This document shows, piece after piece, positions 1 to 7,906 of a DNA stretch of 39,562 nt (positions within the stretch are counted from its first letter, which is position 1; the number at the start of each line of letters is the position of its first letter). The DNA comes from a virus (taxonomy: Duplodnaviria; Heunggongvirae; Uroviricota; Caudoviricetes). The stretch is taken from the IMG/VR virus record IMGVR_UViG_2690316243_000006; one strand, 5' to 3'. Below the pieces are notes generated by a model. It was not told where the DNA came from and searched no databases. It saw nothing but the letters and a program-made list of their open reading frames with translations. The position numbers and the translations under genes are program-made.

Positions 1-361
1 GGTACTTACCTCGGTACGGGTGTTCGGGTTCCAGGGGATCTCAAAGGACTCCGGCAGATAACGCACGGTGTCGCACAGGACCAGGCTCTGGTCGGTACTT
101 TTTTGCGCGTGCTCCTCATAAAAGAAGATGCCTTCCTCCGCCGCCATCCGGCACAGGAAATCGTAATCAGTTTCGCCGTACTGGACACAAAACTCACGGG
201 AAGGATGCGGCTCGCTGAACAGCGGACTCCACTCGGTCACACCGTTTTCCTTCAGGATCGTCGCGAGGATGCTTTCGATGTCCTCATTCTGGAAGATACG
301 GAAGTTCTGGCGCAGCCCTATGCGCCACAGCGGTGGGCATACCTTCATGCTGTACAGCATC
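1..361 (-). pseudogene. vgrG: Host vgrG-like (T6SS spike / phage gpD-like) gene, distal fragment, interrupted by prophage insertion; partial at window edge
   Basis: Minus-strand frame open from 363 to 1, reading QMLYSMKVCPPLWRIGLRQNFRIFQNEDIESILATILKENGVTEWSPLFSEPHPSREFCVQYGETDYDFLCRMAAEEGIFFYEEHAQKSTDQ...; continuous in frame with 39535-39562 once the prophage is removed. Confidence 0.6.
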
Positions 362-364
362 TGG
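351..364. repeat. Left copy of 14-bp direct repeat TGTACAGCATCTGG at the prophage junction; contains the inferred 5-bp target-site duplication GCATC (357-361)
   Basis: Identical 14-mer at 351-364 and 39529-39542; host sequence resumes immediately outside both copies. Confidence 0.7.
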
Positions 365-440
365 CGATTTTTTTGATACCGATTTGCATTTCATTTGATA
401 CCGCTGAAAAACACCGATACGCAACTTATTTGATACTAAA
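362..440. repeat. Phage right-end (attR-like) region with repeated putative transposase-binding motif TTGATACCG
   Basis: TTGATACCG at 373-381 and 395-403, TTGATACTA at 430-438; the inverted complement CGGTATCAA/CAGTATCAA recurs at the opposite end. Confidence 0.6.
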
Positions 441-482
441 TCGGCGCTTTTCTTTTGAGTTTTAGAATGAGTTTTTAAGCGT

Positions 483-1220
483 TCATTCACTCTCTTTCAA
501 ACCAGTTTTAACTGTTTGTGGTTTTGGGTAAGGCTGGACTTTGAATAGCTTTGTGTTAAGGCGTTTTCTGGCTCTCTTGTCCAGAAACCGGATGTAACGA
601 AACTGACGGAATTTATGAACACTGGCTCTGTCGATATTAGCCCGCAGATGTTCACCTCGCTGTCCTCCTCGTTTGATTGCATTCTTGCAAATCTCGTGAT
701 ACCACTCGCCATCAAGTTCATAGAATGTTGTTTCATGACTGCCTACATAATCAAAATTGCTTGCCTGGTACACGACACCAAGACAGCCACAACGCTCATC
801 TGCAAACGACTGAACCCACTGCACCTGCGGATAAAGTTGTCTGATTAGTTTGAGCGCGTAACTGATTGCCCTTGATTCGGAGTTTCTCGGCATACAGTCA
901 TGCAGCCATAACCGGTTAAGCTCCATATATTCGCGGTTCTGCGTGCCAGTTACGACGCGTGCACCATTGTTTGGATTAAGGGCATAACCCCATTGCATTA
1001 CGCCAACCAGCTCCCGTTCTGAAAATATGCCCAGATGAAGGTAGGAATTATTTACGAAACGATGGCTGTAATGTTTATTGACGACGACCAGCCGGGCCAG
1101 CCAGCAACTTATTGTCTCAACCCGTAACTCACGGGAGCCATAACCGACGATATTGTCGTTATAGTGAATAAGTTCAGGCGTGCTGATGATACGGGATGTA
1201 ACTTGCTTTCTGTTCCCCAC
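483..1220 (-). CDS. mom: Mom-like DNA modification protein (start tentative: GTG at 1220 preceded by AGGAAA; the open frame extends to 1415)
   Basis: Position at the phage right end immediately downstream of, and overlapping, a Com-like zinc-finger gene, as in Mu com-mom; assignment is by synteny, not motif recognition. Confidence 0.55.
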   Translation of the reverse strand: MGNRKQVTSRIISTPELIHYNDNIVGYGSRELRVETISCWLARLVVVNKHYSHRFVNNSYLHLGIFSERELVGVMQWGYALNPNNGARVVTGTQNREYMELNRLWLHDCMPRNSESRAISYALKLIRQLYPQVQWVQSFADERCGCLGVVYQASNFDYVGSHETTFYELDGEWYHEICKNAIKRGGQRGEHLRANIDRASVHKFRQFRYIRFLDKRARKRLNTKLFKVQPYPKPQTVKTGLKESE

Positions 1221-1374
1221 GACAGGATTTCCTTGTGTATGTGGGGTGCTCTGTGGCGCTCTGAGATGTGATTTGATTGAGGGTTTTACAGCGCGGACAT
1301 TTAACTTCCAGATAACTGAAGCTGGCTCGTGCCAGTAGCTTGTTACAATGTCGGCACCGTATGTTTCGATACAT
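1174..1374 (-). CDS. com: Com-like zinc-finger translational activator of mom
   Basis: [34 protein letters not shown]...[15 protein letters not shown] resembles Mu Com (CxxC...CPRC zinc finger); ATG at 1374 preceded by GGAGG; 3' end overlaps the mom frame. Confidence 0.8.
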   Translation of the reverse strand: MYRNIRCRHCNKLLARASFSYLEVKCPRCKTLNQITSQSATEHPTYTRKSCRGEQKASYIPYHQHA

Positions 1375-1520
1375 GGCCGCATAACCTCCTGCTTTGTTGT
1401 TGATATCTTTATCACTCAATCGATCGACAAAAACGATCGATTTGATTTATTTAATTGATACAACAAATAACACGAAATGTCATTAGCGAAAATTTATGAG
1501 TTTGATCACTAATTTTAAAC
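1375..1520 (-). promoter_or_regulatory. Upstream control region of com-mom with three GATC (Dam) sites
   Basis: GATC at 1422-1425, 1435-1438 and 1504-1507 in an AT-rich leader; in Mu, mom transcription is controlled by Dam methylation of upstream GATC sites and by C protein. Exact promoter not resolved. Confidence 0.45.
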
Positions 1521-1630
1521 GGTGCTGTAACGCATAAGTGCTGAATGATTGTACATTTGAATACCGCAAAGCAAACAAATCAACTAATTTATAGAAGTCA
1601 ATTGGTTAATTGCCAGCGTAAGAGGCTGCT

Positions 1631-1924
1631 ATGGACAATCATGTAACGACGAGAAATCGAAAAATGATTGAAAATGCGGAAATCTATAATGATTATTTTT
1701 CCGATTATTCAGATGCCTGCAAATACAGTTCGAGTGCGGGAGAGTTCATATGCTTCAACTTTTTTATTAAATCTTATGTTTTTCCTCCACAGCAAGAAGA
1801 TGGAGGTGTGCCACCTCCTGAAATCACTTTGCACCGTATAGCCTCCGTCTCAATGATGGAGCAACAGGCTAATGAGCTGTATAGCATTCTGGGAACGATT
1901 CTACAAAAGCGTGAATCGGACTAA
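1631..1924 (+). CDS. Hypothetical protein (97 aa) in AT-rich cargo, divergent from com-mom
   Basis: ORF with AGAGG upstream of the ATG; no recognisable motif. Confidence 0.4.
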   Translation: MDNHVTTRNRKMIENAEIYNDYFSDYSDACKYSSSAGEFICFNFFIKSYVFPPQQEDGGVPPPEITLHRIASVSMMEQQANELYSILGTILQKRESD

Positions 1925-2091
1925 TGATACCGGTTCATTTGCCTGCCCGGATGGGGAAGCAGGATTGACTGCTCCATAAGCAGCTATATTTCTGAATACG
2001 AAATACTATCCAGCGATTACATATGGCTGGATAGCGGCAAAGATGTTTTCATTAGTGTCAAACCGGCAGAGGACACCACCGGTTTGTATTG

Positions 2092-2346
2092 TTACATCAT
2101 GGTACTGTCAGTTCCGGGCTGAGCCGGGTCTGGTTGCTCTGGCTGCGCGTCGGTTTTCGGCTCATTATCAGCATCACTGGCCGCAACTGCTGGCCCAATA
2201 AGTTTTGCCAGCACTTCATCAACGTAAGTGTCGATTTGTGCCTCAAAATCCTTGCGGACCTGCGCTTTCAGCAACTTATTTACTTCACCGGAATACAGTG
2301 CCTGTTTTACCAGGTCTTCAGTGACGGTGCCTTTAATTTCTGGCAT
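2092..2346 (-). CDS. Hypothetical small acidic helical protein (84 aa)
   Basis: Strong RBS AAGGAGGA 7 nt upstream of the ATG; protein-like composition; downstream of the 60-aa membrane protein gene. Confidence 0.5.
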   Translation of the reverse strand: MPEIKGTVTEDLVKQALYSGEVNKLLKAQVRKDFEAQIDTYVDEVLAKLIGPAVAASDADNEPKTDAQPEQPDPAQPGTDSTMM

Positions 2347-2381
2347 GTATATCCTCCTTATGCGGGAATAAAGCCCTGCAA

Positions 2382-2564
2382 TCAGGGCTGGGTCGGGTCT
2401 TTTGGGAGCGGAGTTACCTGCGCTGTTTTACTGAGTTTTTCAGCTGCTGCGTCCTCAATTTTGCGGCGAACATAATTTCTGATGGCCTTATAACCACCAC
2501 TCACCAGATATAACGCACATACTGCCGTGCAGAAATACAATAAAATAAGCTGTAAAAATGTCAT
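2382..2564 (-). CDS. Small single-pass membrane protein (60 aa; true start ATG at 2564, the ORF-track start at 2576 is a TTG)
   Basis: GGGAGGG RBS before the ATG; N-terminal hydrophobic helix LQLILLYFCTAVCALYLV followed by a basic tail. Confidence 0.5.
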   Translation of the reverse strand: MTFLQLILLYFCTAVCALYLVSGGYKAIRNYVRRKIEDAAAEKLSKTAQVTPLPKDPTQP

Positions 2565-2579
2565 TATCCCTCCCAATTA

Positions 2580-2620
2580 TTGACATGGTGTTGACACCGG
2601 TAATATCTGTTAGGTAAAAA
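2580..2620 (+). promoter_or_regulatory. Candidate sigma70 promoter on the + strand
   Basis: TTGACA at 2580-2585 and again at 2591-2596; TAATAT at 2601-2606; imperfect dyad GGTGTtgACACC at 2587-2598. Confidence 0.3.
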
Positions 2621-2660
2621 GGTGCACTGCATTTTTTGCTTTGGATATAACGATCTTTTT

Positions 2661-2701
2661 GCCGCCGGTTTCTTGTTTTCCCTTACCGGCGGCATTTTTT
2701 T
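2661..2701 (+). terminator. Candidate intrinsic terminator on the + strand
   Basis: GCCGCCGGT ... ACCGGCGGC stem (9 bp, 15-nt loop) followed by a run of seven T at 2695-2701; on the minus strand the stem is followed by AAAAAG, so it is not a canonical terminator for the esterase gene. Confidence 0.45.
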
Positions 2702-2708
2702 ATCCTGC

Positions 2709-4763
2709 TTACGCGTTATTCACTTCCACCACGATACTGTCAATCAGTACCGGGTAAGTCGCATTTTTAGTGATATCGGTCACGCGCAACTTGTCTGCCG
2801 TAAACGTGCCGACCGGAGACTGCGACAGCATGAATGGTGTCCCGTCCTTACCATCAATGACCGGCGTCACCTCAATACTGTTGTTACCGGCAAAACGGAA
2901 GCCCAGCGTATGCCATTCGTTATTAAATGCGCCGAATGACCCCAGCTTCGTGTTCTGCGCCGTGTTTCCTTTGTGATACATCACGTTAAGGTCTGTGGCA
3001 TCGCTCTGTACGTAGAACGATGCCAGCAGGTTATGACCGGCATTTCCTTCCAGAGTAACCCCTTGCGGCAGGGCAGAAACCGGCCAGTACAGCGCCAGTG
3101 CGTACTGATTAGCCGTAAGCGCGCCATCGAGTTTAAAACGACAACTGACAAGACCACCTTTACCCAGCAGGTCCGCACCATTACCAGCATCATGCTCAAG
3201 GTACCAGGGGGCTCTTCCTGTTTCCTTGGTCAGTTTCATTGCCTTACCCCCGCTGGCTCCGGCATCATCCACGATTTGAGCCTTGCCACCTCCGGCAGCC
3301 CAACCCTGTGGTGTCAACCGTCCTTCAGACTCAGATGCCCGGTAAGCAAATAGCGTACTCATCGTCGTGGTGTCTGCGGGTGGCGTGGACGGTTTTGATG
3401 GTGTATCAGGTGACGGCTTCTCATCCGGTGGTGTCACGGTCTGCCCGCGCATCAGTTCAGCCGTGCGCCCTGCATGGAGCATAATAGCTGAGGCCAGACG
3501 GTCTGAAATGACGCCCCTGCGTGCCCATGAGCTGAAATGGCTGTCACGCTGTGTCGAAACAAAACTGCCCTGGGTTCGGGATGCTGCACCGTAATACCCG
3601 ACAGCCACAATATCCGGGTCTTCCGCCGGAGCATTCGTTGGCGTGCTCTGTCCATTCTCATCCGTCAGGAACGGTACAAAGAAAATTTTCTGTGCTTCCT
3701 TGCCTTTGTAGCCACCGTATACTGCCTCATATTTATCGGTGCCAGCGTTTTTCCAGTAATACGTGGTATCACCGCAAATCCACGGCACCGTGGTGGCATT
3801 TCCACTCACGCACTGCGCAGCAAGCGGAGCCAGGTCAGTTCTGAACTGCTGAACCATGGCCGTGAATAAACTATTATGCTGCTGGCTTCCTGAGGCAAGG
3901 TCTGCCTCTCCCTGCATCCAGACCACAGCCAGAAGTTTGTTTTTCGGGTTTTTCGCCAGCGCGACTTTGGTGCGGCTTACCAGGTCCTGATACAGAGGTT
4001 TACCGGCCCCCCAGCGTGAAGAATCAGCGGAAGCACCGCTGGCCTCACTGAATGAGCCGTCGGCTCCAGTGGTGAATGCTGACCCGCCACGACAACAGGG
4101 CACCAGAAGTATCCCGGCATTCTGTGGGATATAGGGAAGCAGTTTTTTGGCAATATGCAACCCCTGACCGACAGTCCCGTACTGGCCTTTTGCCAGATCA
4201 GCTTTCGGGTGGTTTATCCCGCTCATATCCTGAACATCATGCAGGCAGTGGTCTGCCGGAATGATGTCGTTGTATGTACACGACGTACCGTTGGGCGTTA
4301 CCGTACTGCGGCGTGCCAGTTGCTTAATGCGTGGGTCCGGGCGGTCAAACGAATCCGGTAACGGCAGCCCCTCGCCGTAGGCCATGCCATTTGACTGACC
4401 CGCGAGAATGACAACAAAGTAATATTCCGGCTCTGAACTGCTGCCATTCGTGCTACCGGAAGGCCCGGCGTTATCCGGTGCATTCCAGTCGGAGGGCGTG
4501 AGCGTTCCGGCCACGTCAGATGTGATTGGAATGATGCCAGTCACGCCTGAACTGGTGATTTCTGCACTGGGATTACCGGATACCGGCATTACCCATAATG
4601 GCTCTTTCGTGCTGAAGCGGATCACGCAGTCTGCGAAGGTGATCCCCCCTTTATTACCCGAAGGGCGGAAAGGGCTTTCAATAAATGCCACCGTGCCACC
4701 GGCAACCTTGACTGAAAACTCTCCGGGCATGGCGGAGAGCATTTTCCACTTGGAGTCTGACAT
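2709..4763 (-). CDS. Sialate O-acetylesterase-like protein (SASA/SGNH esterase domain, Pro/Thr-rich linker, C-terminal lectin-like domain); resembles prophage NanS-p proteins
   Basis: GQSNGMAYGEG and WMQGEADLASG motifs typical of the SASA family; linker TPPDEKPSPDTPSKPSTPPADTT; about 200-aa C-terminal domain; own promoter region after the gin terminator. Confidence 0.7.
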   Translation of the reverse strand: MSDSKWKMLSAMPGEFSVKVAGGTVAFIESPFRPSGNKGGITFADCVIRFSTKEPLWVMPVSGNPSAEITSSGVTGIIPITSDVAGTLTPSDWNAPDNAGPSGSTNGSSSEPEYYFVVILAGQSNGMAYGEGLPLPDSFDRPDPRIKQLARRSTVTPNGTSCTYNDIIPADHCLHDVQDMSGINHPKADLAKGQYGTVGQGLHIAKKLLPYIPQNAGILLVPCCRGGSAFTTGADGSFSEASGASADSSRWGAGKPLYQDLVSRTKVALAKNPKNKLLAVVWMQGEADLASGSQQHNSLFTAMVQQFRTDLAPLAAQCVSGNATTVPWICGDTTYYWKNAGTDKYEAVYGGYKGKEAQKIFFVPFLTDENGQSTPTNAPAEDPDIVAVGYYGAASRTQGSFVSTQRDSHFSSWARRGVISDRLASAIMLHAGRTAELMRGQTVTPPDEKPSPDTPSKPSTPPADTTTMSTLFAYRASESEGRLTPQGWAAGGGKAQIVDDAGASGGKAMKLTKETGRAPWYLEHDAGNGADLLGKGGLVSCRFKLDGALTANQYALALYWPVSALPQGVTLEGNAGHNLLASFYVQSDATDLNVMYHKGNTAQNTKLGSFGAFNNEWHTLGFRFAGNNSIEVTPVIDGKDGTPFMLSQSPVGTFTADKLRVTDITKNATYPVLIDSIVVEVNNA

Positions 4764-4833
4764 CGTCTTTTCTGCCTGTTTCTGAATTAAACAGAGTCAG
4801 AATAGCGACCGCTGAAAAATATGTGTTTTGCGG

Positions 4834-4868
4834 AAATTCAAAAAAGCGTCACGGTACTTTTGGTGACG
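4834..4868 (-). terminator. Intrinsic terminator at the 3' end of gin
   Basis: Minus-strand hairpin CGTCAC/GTGACG (4847-4868, overlapping the gin stop codon) followed by CUUUUUUGAAUUU. Confidence 0.55.
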
Positions 4869-5421
4869 GAGCTGGTGAGGCAGGAAAATAACGATAAAGG
4901 GTGGAAAGGCCAATATCAAATATCAGTGCGATTTGTTTACGGGACTCGCCATTAGCCAGCAAACGGGCGATTTGCTCCCGCTCTTTCTCTGTCAGTTTCT
5001 GAGGTCTGCCGCCATGACGCCCCTGAGCACGGGCAGCAGCAAGACCCGCGCGTGTACGTTCAATAATGAGTTCCCGCTCCATTTCCGCCAGCGCGCCCAT
5101 TATATGGAAAAAGAAACGTCCCATGGGAGTGGATGTATCAATATTGTCCGTAATGCTGCGGAAGTTAACGCCGCGTTGCCGGAGTTCTTCTGTTAAAAGG
5201 ACAAGGTGCTGCATACTGCGTCCAAGGCGATCCAGTTTCCAGACCAGCAGGGTATCCCCTGGCCGGAGTCGCTTTAATGCGCGTTTAAGTCCGGGACGCT
5301 CCCTTGTCTTACCGCTTATTCTGTCTTCGAAAAACAGCTCACATCCTGCACATTCCAGCGCATTTCTTTGTAGCGCCGTATTCTGGTCATTTGTTGACAC
5401 CCTGATATACCCAATCAGCAT
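4849..5421 (-). CDS. gin: Gin/Hin/Pin/Cin-family serine DNA invertase
   Basis: MLIGYIRVSTNDQNTALQRNALE... (catalytic Ser in RVSTNDQ), 190 aa, C-terminal HTH; adjacent to the invertible tail-fibre segment. Confidence 0.9.
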   Translation of the reverse strand: MLIGYIRVSTNDQNTALQRNALECAGCELFFEDRISGKTRERPGLKRALKRLRPGDTLLVWKLDRLGRSMQHLVLLTEELRQRGVNFRSITDNIDTSTPMGRFFFHIMGALAEMERELIIERTRAGLAAARAQGRHGGRPQKLTEKEREQIARLLANGESRKQIALIFDIGLSTLYRYFPASPAPSPKVP

Positions 5422-5486
5422 ACGATTTCCTTATTATAAAAAGCCGGAATTGTCGCATGAGGAATAAAACAGAGTTAATCCTGGCT

Positions 5487-5512
5487 TTCCTGAAAACCTC
5501 GGTTTACGGGAA
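5487..5512. promoter_or_regulatory. gix/hix-like recombination site (left), crossover core TC at 5499-5500
   Basis: TTCCTGAAAACC TC GGTTTACGGGAA; close to Mu gix and Salmonella hix half-sites; lies at the outer boundary of the left inverted repeat. Confidence 0.7.
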
Positions 5513-5860
5513 ACGGTAAACAGGGCGGCGAATGCTCTGCCATCGGACGGCACCGCCGTTGCCGCGAATAGACTCGCCACCCCAAGAAATATTAATGGGG
5601 TTCCCTTTGACGGGACGCAGGACATAAACATCACTTCTGGTATAACACAGCAGGATGCGGATTCCCGATATATCCAGGATATCAGGCTGGGAGCAGAGAA
5701 CAGGCAGACAATGTACGGTGGGGCATATTACTCTGCGTACGGTAATGTTATGGCAGGCCTGCAGATTGACAGTAAAGTTGATGCTTCAAACGATTTTATA
5801 GCATTCAGACCCCTGCAAAAATTAGTCGGAGGTACATGGATTACGGTATCTCAGTTATAA
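5500..5860 (+). other. Silent alternative tail-fibre C-terminal cassette (promoterless, no start codon)
   Basis: + strand frame open from the gix core to TAA at 5858-5860, encoding ...[47 protein letters not shown]...GGTWITVSQL; the first ~40 aa are identical to the corresponding part of the expressed fibre. Confidence 0.6.
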
Positions 5861-5911
5861 ATAGTCAGTAAATAATATATTTTAAAACAGATTTATTTCC
5901 AGGAGGATTTT

Positions 5912-6433
5912 ATGGAACTAAAAAATATAACCCGTTATTATCCTGAAAATATGCCATATGGTAATAATGTTCAGTATTTCCAGAGTGAAGATGGTAAGGA
6001 TTTCTACGAATCCCTGCCATTATTCACCAAAAAATATAAACTTTGCATAACACCTGACAGCGGCGTTATCTGCTCAATATCACAGGACGCCTCGGCGCTG
6101 TATCCTGCGGGGTTTTCTGTGGTTGAGGTCGATGAACTCCCTGAAGGCACGGATATTTCAGGAAACTGGAAGTTTGATAATGGCATAATCTCCCGTATTC
6201 CGGTTAACTACGCAAGAAAACTGGAAGCAATGCGCCAGTCATATCTTAATCAGGCATATGAAAAAATTAATGACTGGAGAACGGAGCTACAACTGGGCAC
6301 CATCAGCGATGAAGACAGAGCAGCACTTACCCAATGGATGGCATACATCAGTCAGGTGAAGAAAATGGAACTACCCGCCATTAAAACAGAAGCTGAATTT
6401 AACGCCATTAAATGGCCTGAGCAGCCACAGTAA
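5912..6433 (+). CDS. Tail fibre assembly protein (Tfa/U-like chaperone) inside the invertible segment
   Basis: AGGAGGA RBS; C-terminal region ...EDRAALTQWMAYISQVKKMELPAIKTEAEFNAIKWPEQPQ is typical of Tfa chaperones; currently antisense to the expressed fibre gene. Confidence 0.75.
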   Translation: MELKNITRYYPENMPYGNNVQYFQSEDGKDFYESLPLFTKKYKLCITPDSGVICSISQDASALYPAGFSVVEVDELPEGTDISGNWKFDNGIISRIPVNYARKLEAMRQSYLNQAYEKINDWRTELQLGTISDEDRAALTQWMAYISQVKKMELPAIKTEAEFNAIKWPEQPQ

Positions 6434-6436
6434 TAA

Positions 6437-6456
6437 AGAAGGCCGGAAGGCCTTCT
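6437..6456. terminator. GC-rich hairpin between the convergent Tfa and tail-fibre genes
   Basis: AGAAGGCC GGAA GGCCTTCT (8-bp stem, 4-nt loop); flanks are AT-rich but not a clean U-run on either strand. Confidence 0.4.
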
Positions 6457-6464
6457 GAATATCA

Positions 6465-7346
6465 TTATATACTTGCAGCCGTCACCCATGCTCCATTTAA
6501 CAGATACTGCAACGGCCGGTAATACACGCCGCCGACGTTATCTGCCGTATTCTTACCGACATCCTGTACTTTAATTCCGGTAAGAACATTGCCGCCCCCC
6601 AGATTCAGATCCCAGCTTTCCCATGTTCCGGGCATATGTGCGGTCACCGACCCCAGTCTTATGGCGGTTACTGTTCCTGATGAGATAGTGATATCCTGCG
6701 TCCCGTCAAAGGGAACACCATTAATTGTGTGGGCATTTGCCAGCCTGTTCGCGGCAACGGCGGTGCCGTCCGATGGCAGGGCATTCGCCGCCCTGTTTAC
6801 CGTTTCCCGTAAACCGACGTTATCGATAAAAGCCCCTTTATCCGGAATGTCTGCGCCGTTCTGCTCCCTGCGCAGGTAACGGTTATCACCTTCGCTTTTG
6901 CTGTAAACATCCAGATTATTACGGGCGGTTCCCTTATTCTCCAGGTCGGCGAGATTCTGATCCTTCGCCAGGGCATTAACGTCAGCGGGACCAAGACTGT
7001 TTTTTGTGGCAAGCGTCCCCAGACCAAGATAACCACGGGCCAGACGCTGGGCCTCCGCACCGGCATCAGCAATTTCTTTCAGGTTATTTTTCCGGGAAAA
7101 GGCATTCGCAGCGATAATGGCTTTAATGGACAGCGTAAGCTGGTTTAACTGCGCCTTATCCGGCTGAATACTGGCTTCAGCCAGAATATTCAGCAGTTCG
7201 GCCTGGAGAATATTCAGCCAGTCCTGACCAATCCAGCTGATACCTTTTTGTCCGTCACCTTCGGTAAACCAGGTGGTGGTATTACTCTGCGCCGGTGCCA
7301 GCGCAGGCATATTCGCCACGCCGGAATTATTATCAACATGAAACAT
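6465..7346 (-). CDS. Tail fibre protein (S-like), with the currently expressed C-terminal variable part
   Basis: 293 aa; reads through the right inverted repeat and gix site; follows the baseplate genes in Mu order. Confidence 0.75.
   Translation of the reverse strand: MFHVDNNSGVANMPALAPAQSNTTTWFTEGDGQKGISWIGQDWLNILQAELLNILAEASIQPDKAQLNQLTLSIKAIIAANAFSRKNNLKEIADAGAEAQRLARGYLGLGTLATKNSLGPADVNALAKDQNLADLENKGTARNNLDVYSKSEGDNRYLRREQNGADIPDKGAFIDNVGLRETVNRAANALPSDGTAVAANRLANAHTINGVPFDGTQDITISSGTVTAIRLGSVTAHMPGTWESWDLNLGGGNVLTGIKVQDVGKNTADNVGGVYYRPLQYLLNGAWVTAASI
6804..6829. promoter_or_regulatory. gix/hix-like recombination site (right), crossover core GA at 6816-6817
   Basis: TTCCCGTAAACC GA CGTTATCGATAA; shares the half-site TTCCCGTAAACC with the left site in inverted orientation; lies inside the tail-fibre coding sequence. 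Confidence 0.7.
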
Positions 7347-7906
7347 TAAATAGTCTCCTCTTCATGGCTGTTTGCATAAACGTAAATAAACGTCTGCCAT
7401 GCAGGCTTATAACGGTTCAGAATACATTCCAGCGCACCGCCTTCATAAATACGCAGCGGCGTGAGAATATCATCCAGCACATTCATATTCCGGTAGCCGG
7501 TTTCACTGTTAATCGTGACAATACTGACCCACTGCGAATCCGGTGAGGGCTGAATGTCAATCTGATAACCAAACTCCGCCGCAAACCGGATATAAAATTC
7601 ACGGTTCAGCGAGGGCTTCATCCGGTATTTATTTCCGGCATAACGCTGTCGCTCCGTGAGGGTGGCTCCGGCCATATCACACTCGGGAAGCCCGAGATAA
7701 CGCTCCCAGTCTTCCAGCAGCAGGCGCGACGTGTCAGGGAAACGCTCGGCAAGCAGCTGTTTACCCGTCCAGGATACACGCGCTGTCGAATGACTGAGGC
7801 CCAGACATAATGATGCCAGTACGGATGACGGACGCTTGTCCCATGCCAGCCCGTCAGGCAGTAACTGCAACAGGGCGCGCTGATGCGGGGTCAGGGTTAC
7901 AGCCAT
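7346..7906 (-). CDS. Tail protein (Mu gp48 / P2 gpI-like)
   Basis: 186 aa, between the baseplate J-like gene and the tail fibre gene; assignment by synteny. Confidence 0.6.
   Translation of the reverse strand: MAVTLTPHQRALLQLLPDGLAWDKRPSSVLASLCLGLSHSTARVSWTGKQLLAERFPDTSRLLLEDWERYLGLPECDMAGATLTERQRYAGNKYRMKPSLNREFYIRFAAEFGYQIDIQPSPDSQWVSIVTINSETGYRNMNVLDDILTPLRIYEGGALECILNRYKPAWQTFIYVYANSHEEETI

Larger units (their letters stand above)
5500..6816. other. Gin-invertible segment (reduced G-like segment) bounded by inverted gix-like sites and ~126-bp inverted repeats (about 5507-5632 and 6696-6821)
   Basis: The inverted repeats are near-identical apart from a ~20-bp divergent patch; crossover cores TC (5499-5500) and GA (6816-6817) are complementary; gin lies immediately outside. 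Confidence 0.7.

Noticed and set aside
351-364. Treating the whole 14-bp direct repeat as the target-site duplication
   Set aside because: Mu-family transposition makes 5-bp duplications and a 5-bp solution exists that gives 5'-TG...CA-3' termini; the remaining identity is left as unexplained.
103-465. 120-aa + strand ORF spanning the host-phage junction
   Set aside because: It is antisense to the vgrG frame, runs across the insertion boundary into the phage end repeats and has no protein-like features; the minus-strand VgrG frame is the real coding sequence.
483-1419. Long N-terminal extensions of the com and mom ORFs (starts at 1419 and 1415)
   Set aside because: Both upstream starts are non-ATG (TTG/GTG) without ribosome-binding sites; Com homology begins at the ATG at 1374 with GGAGG, and the mom start is more plausibly the GTG at 1220.
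2622-2939. 105-aa + strand ORF overlapping the 3' end of the esterase gene
   Set aside because: Overlaps the well-supported minus-strand esterase coding sequence and starts inside the candidate small-RNA/terminator region; no RBS.
5434-5634. 66-aa minus-strand ORF at the left inverted repeat, and its mirror 96-aa + strand ORF at 6589..6879
   Set aside because: Both are the antisense reading of the inverted repeats that encode the shared tail-fibre segment; they share a peptide only because the DNA is repeated.
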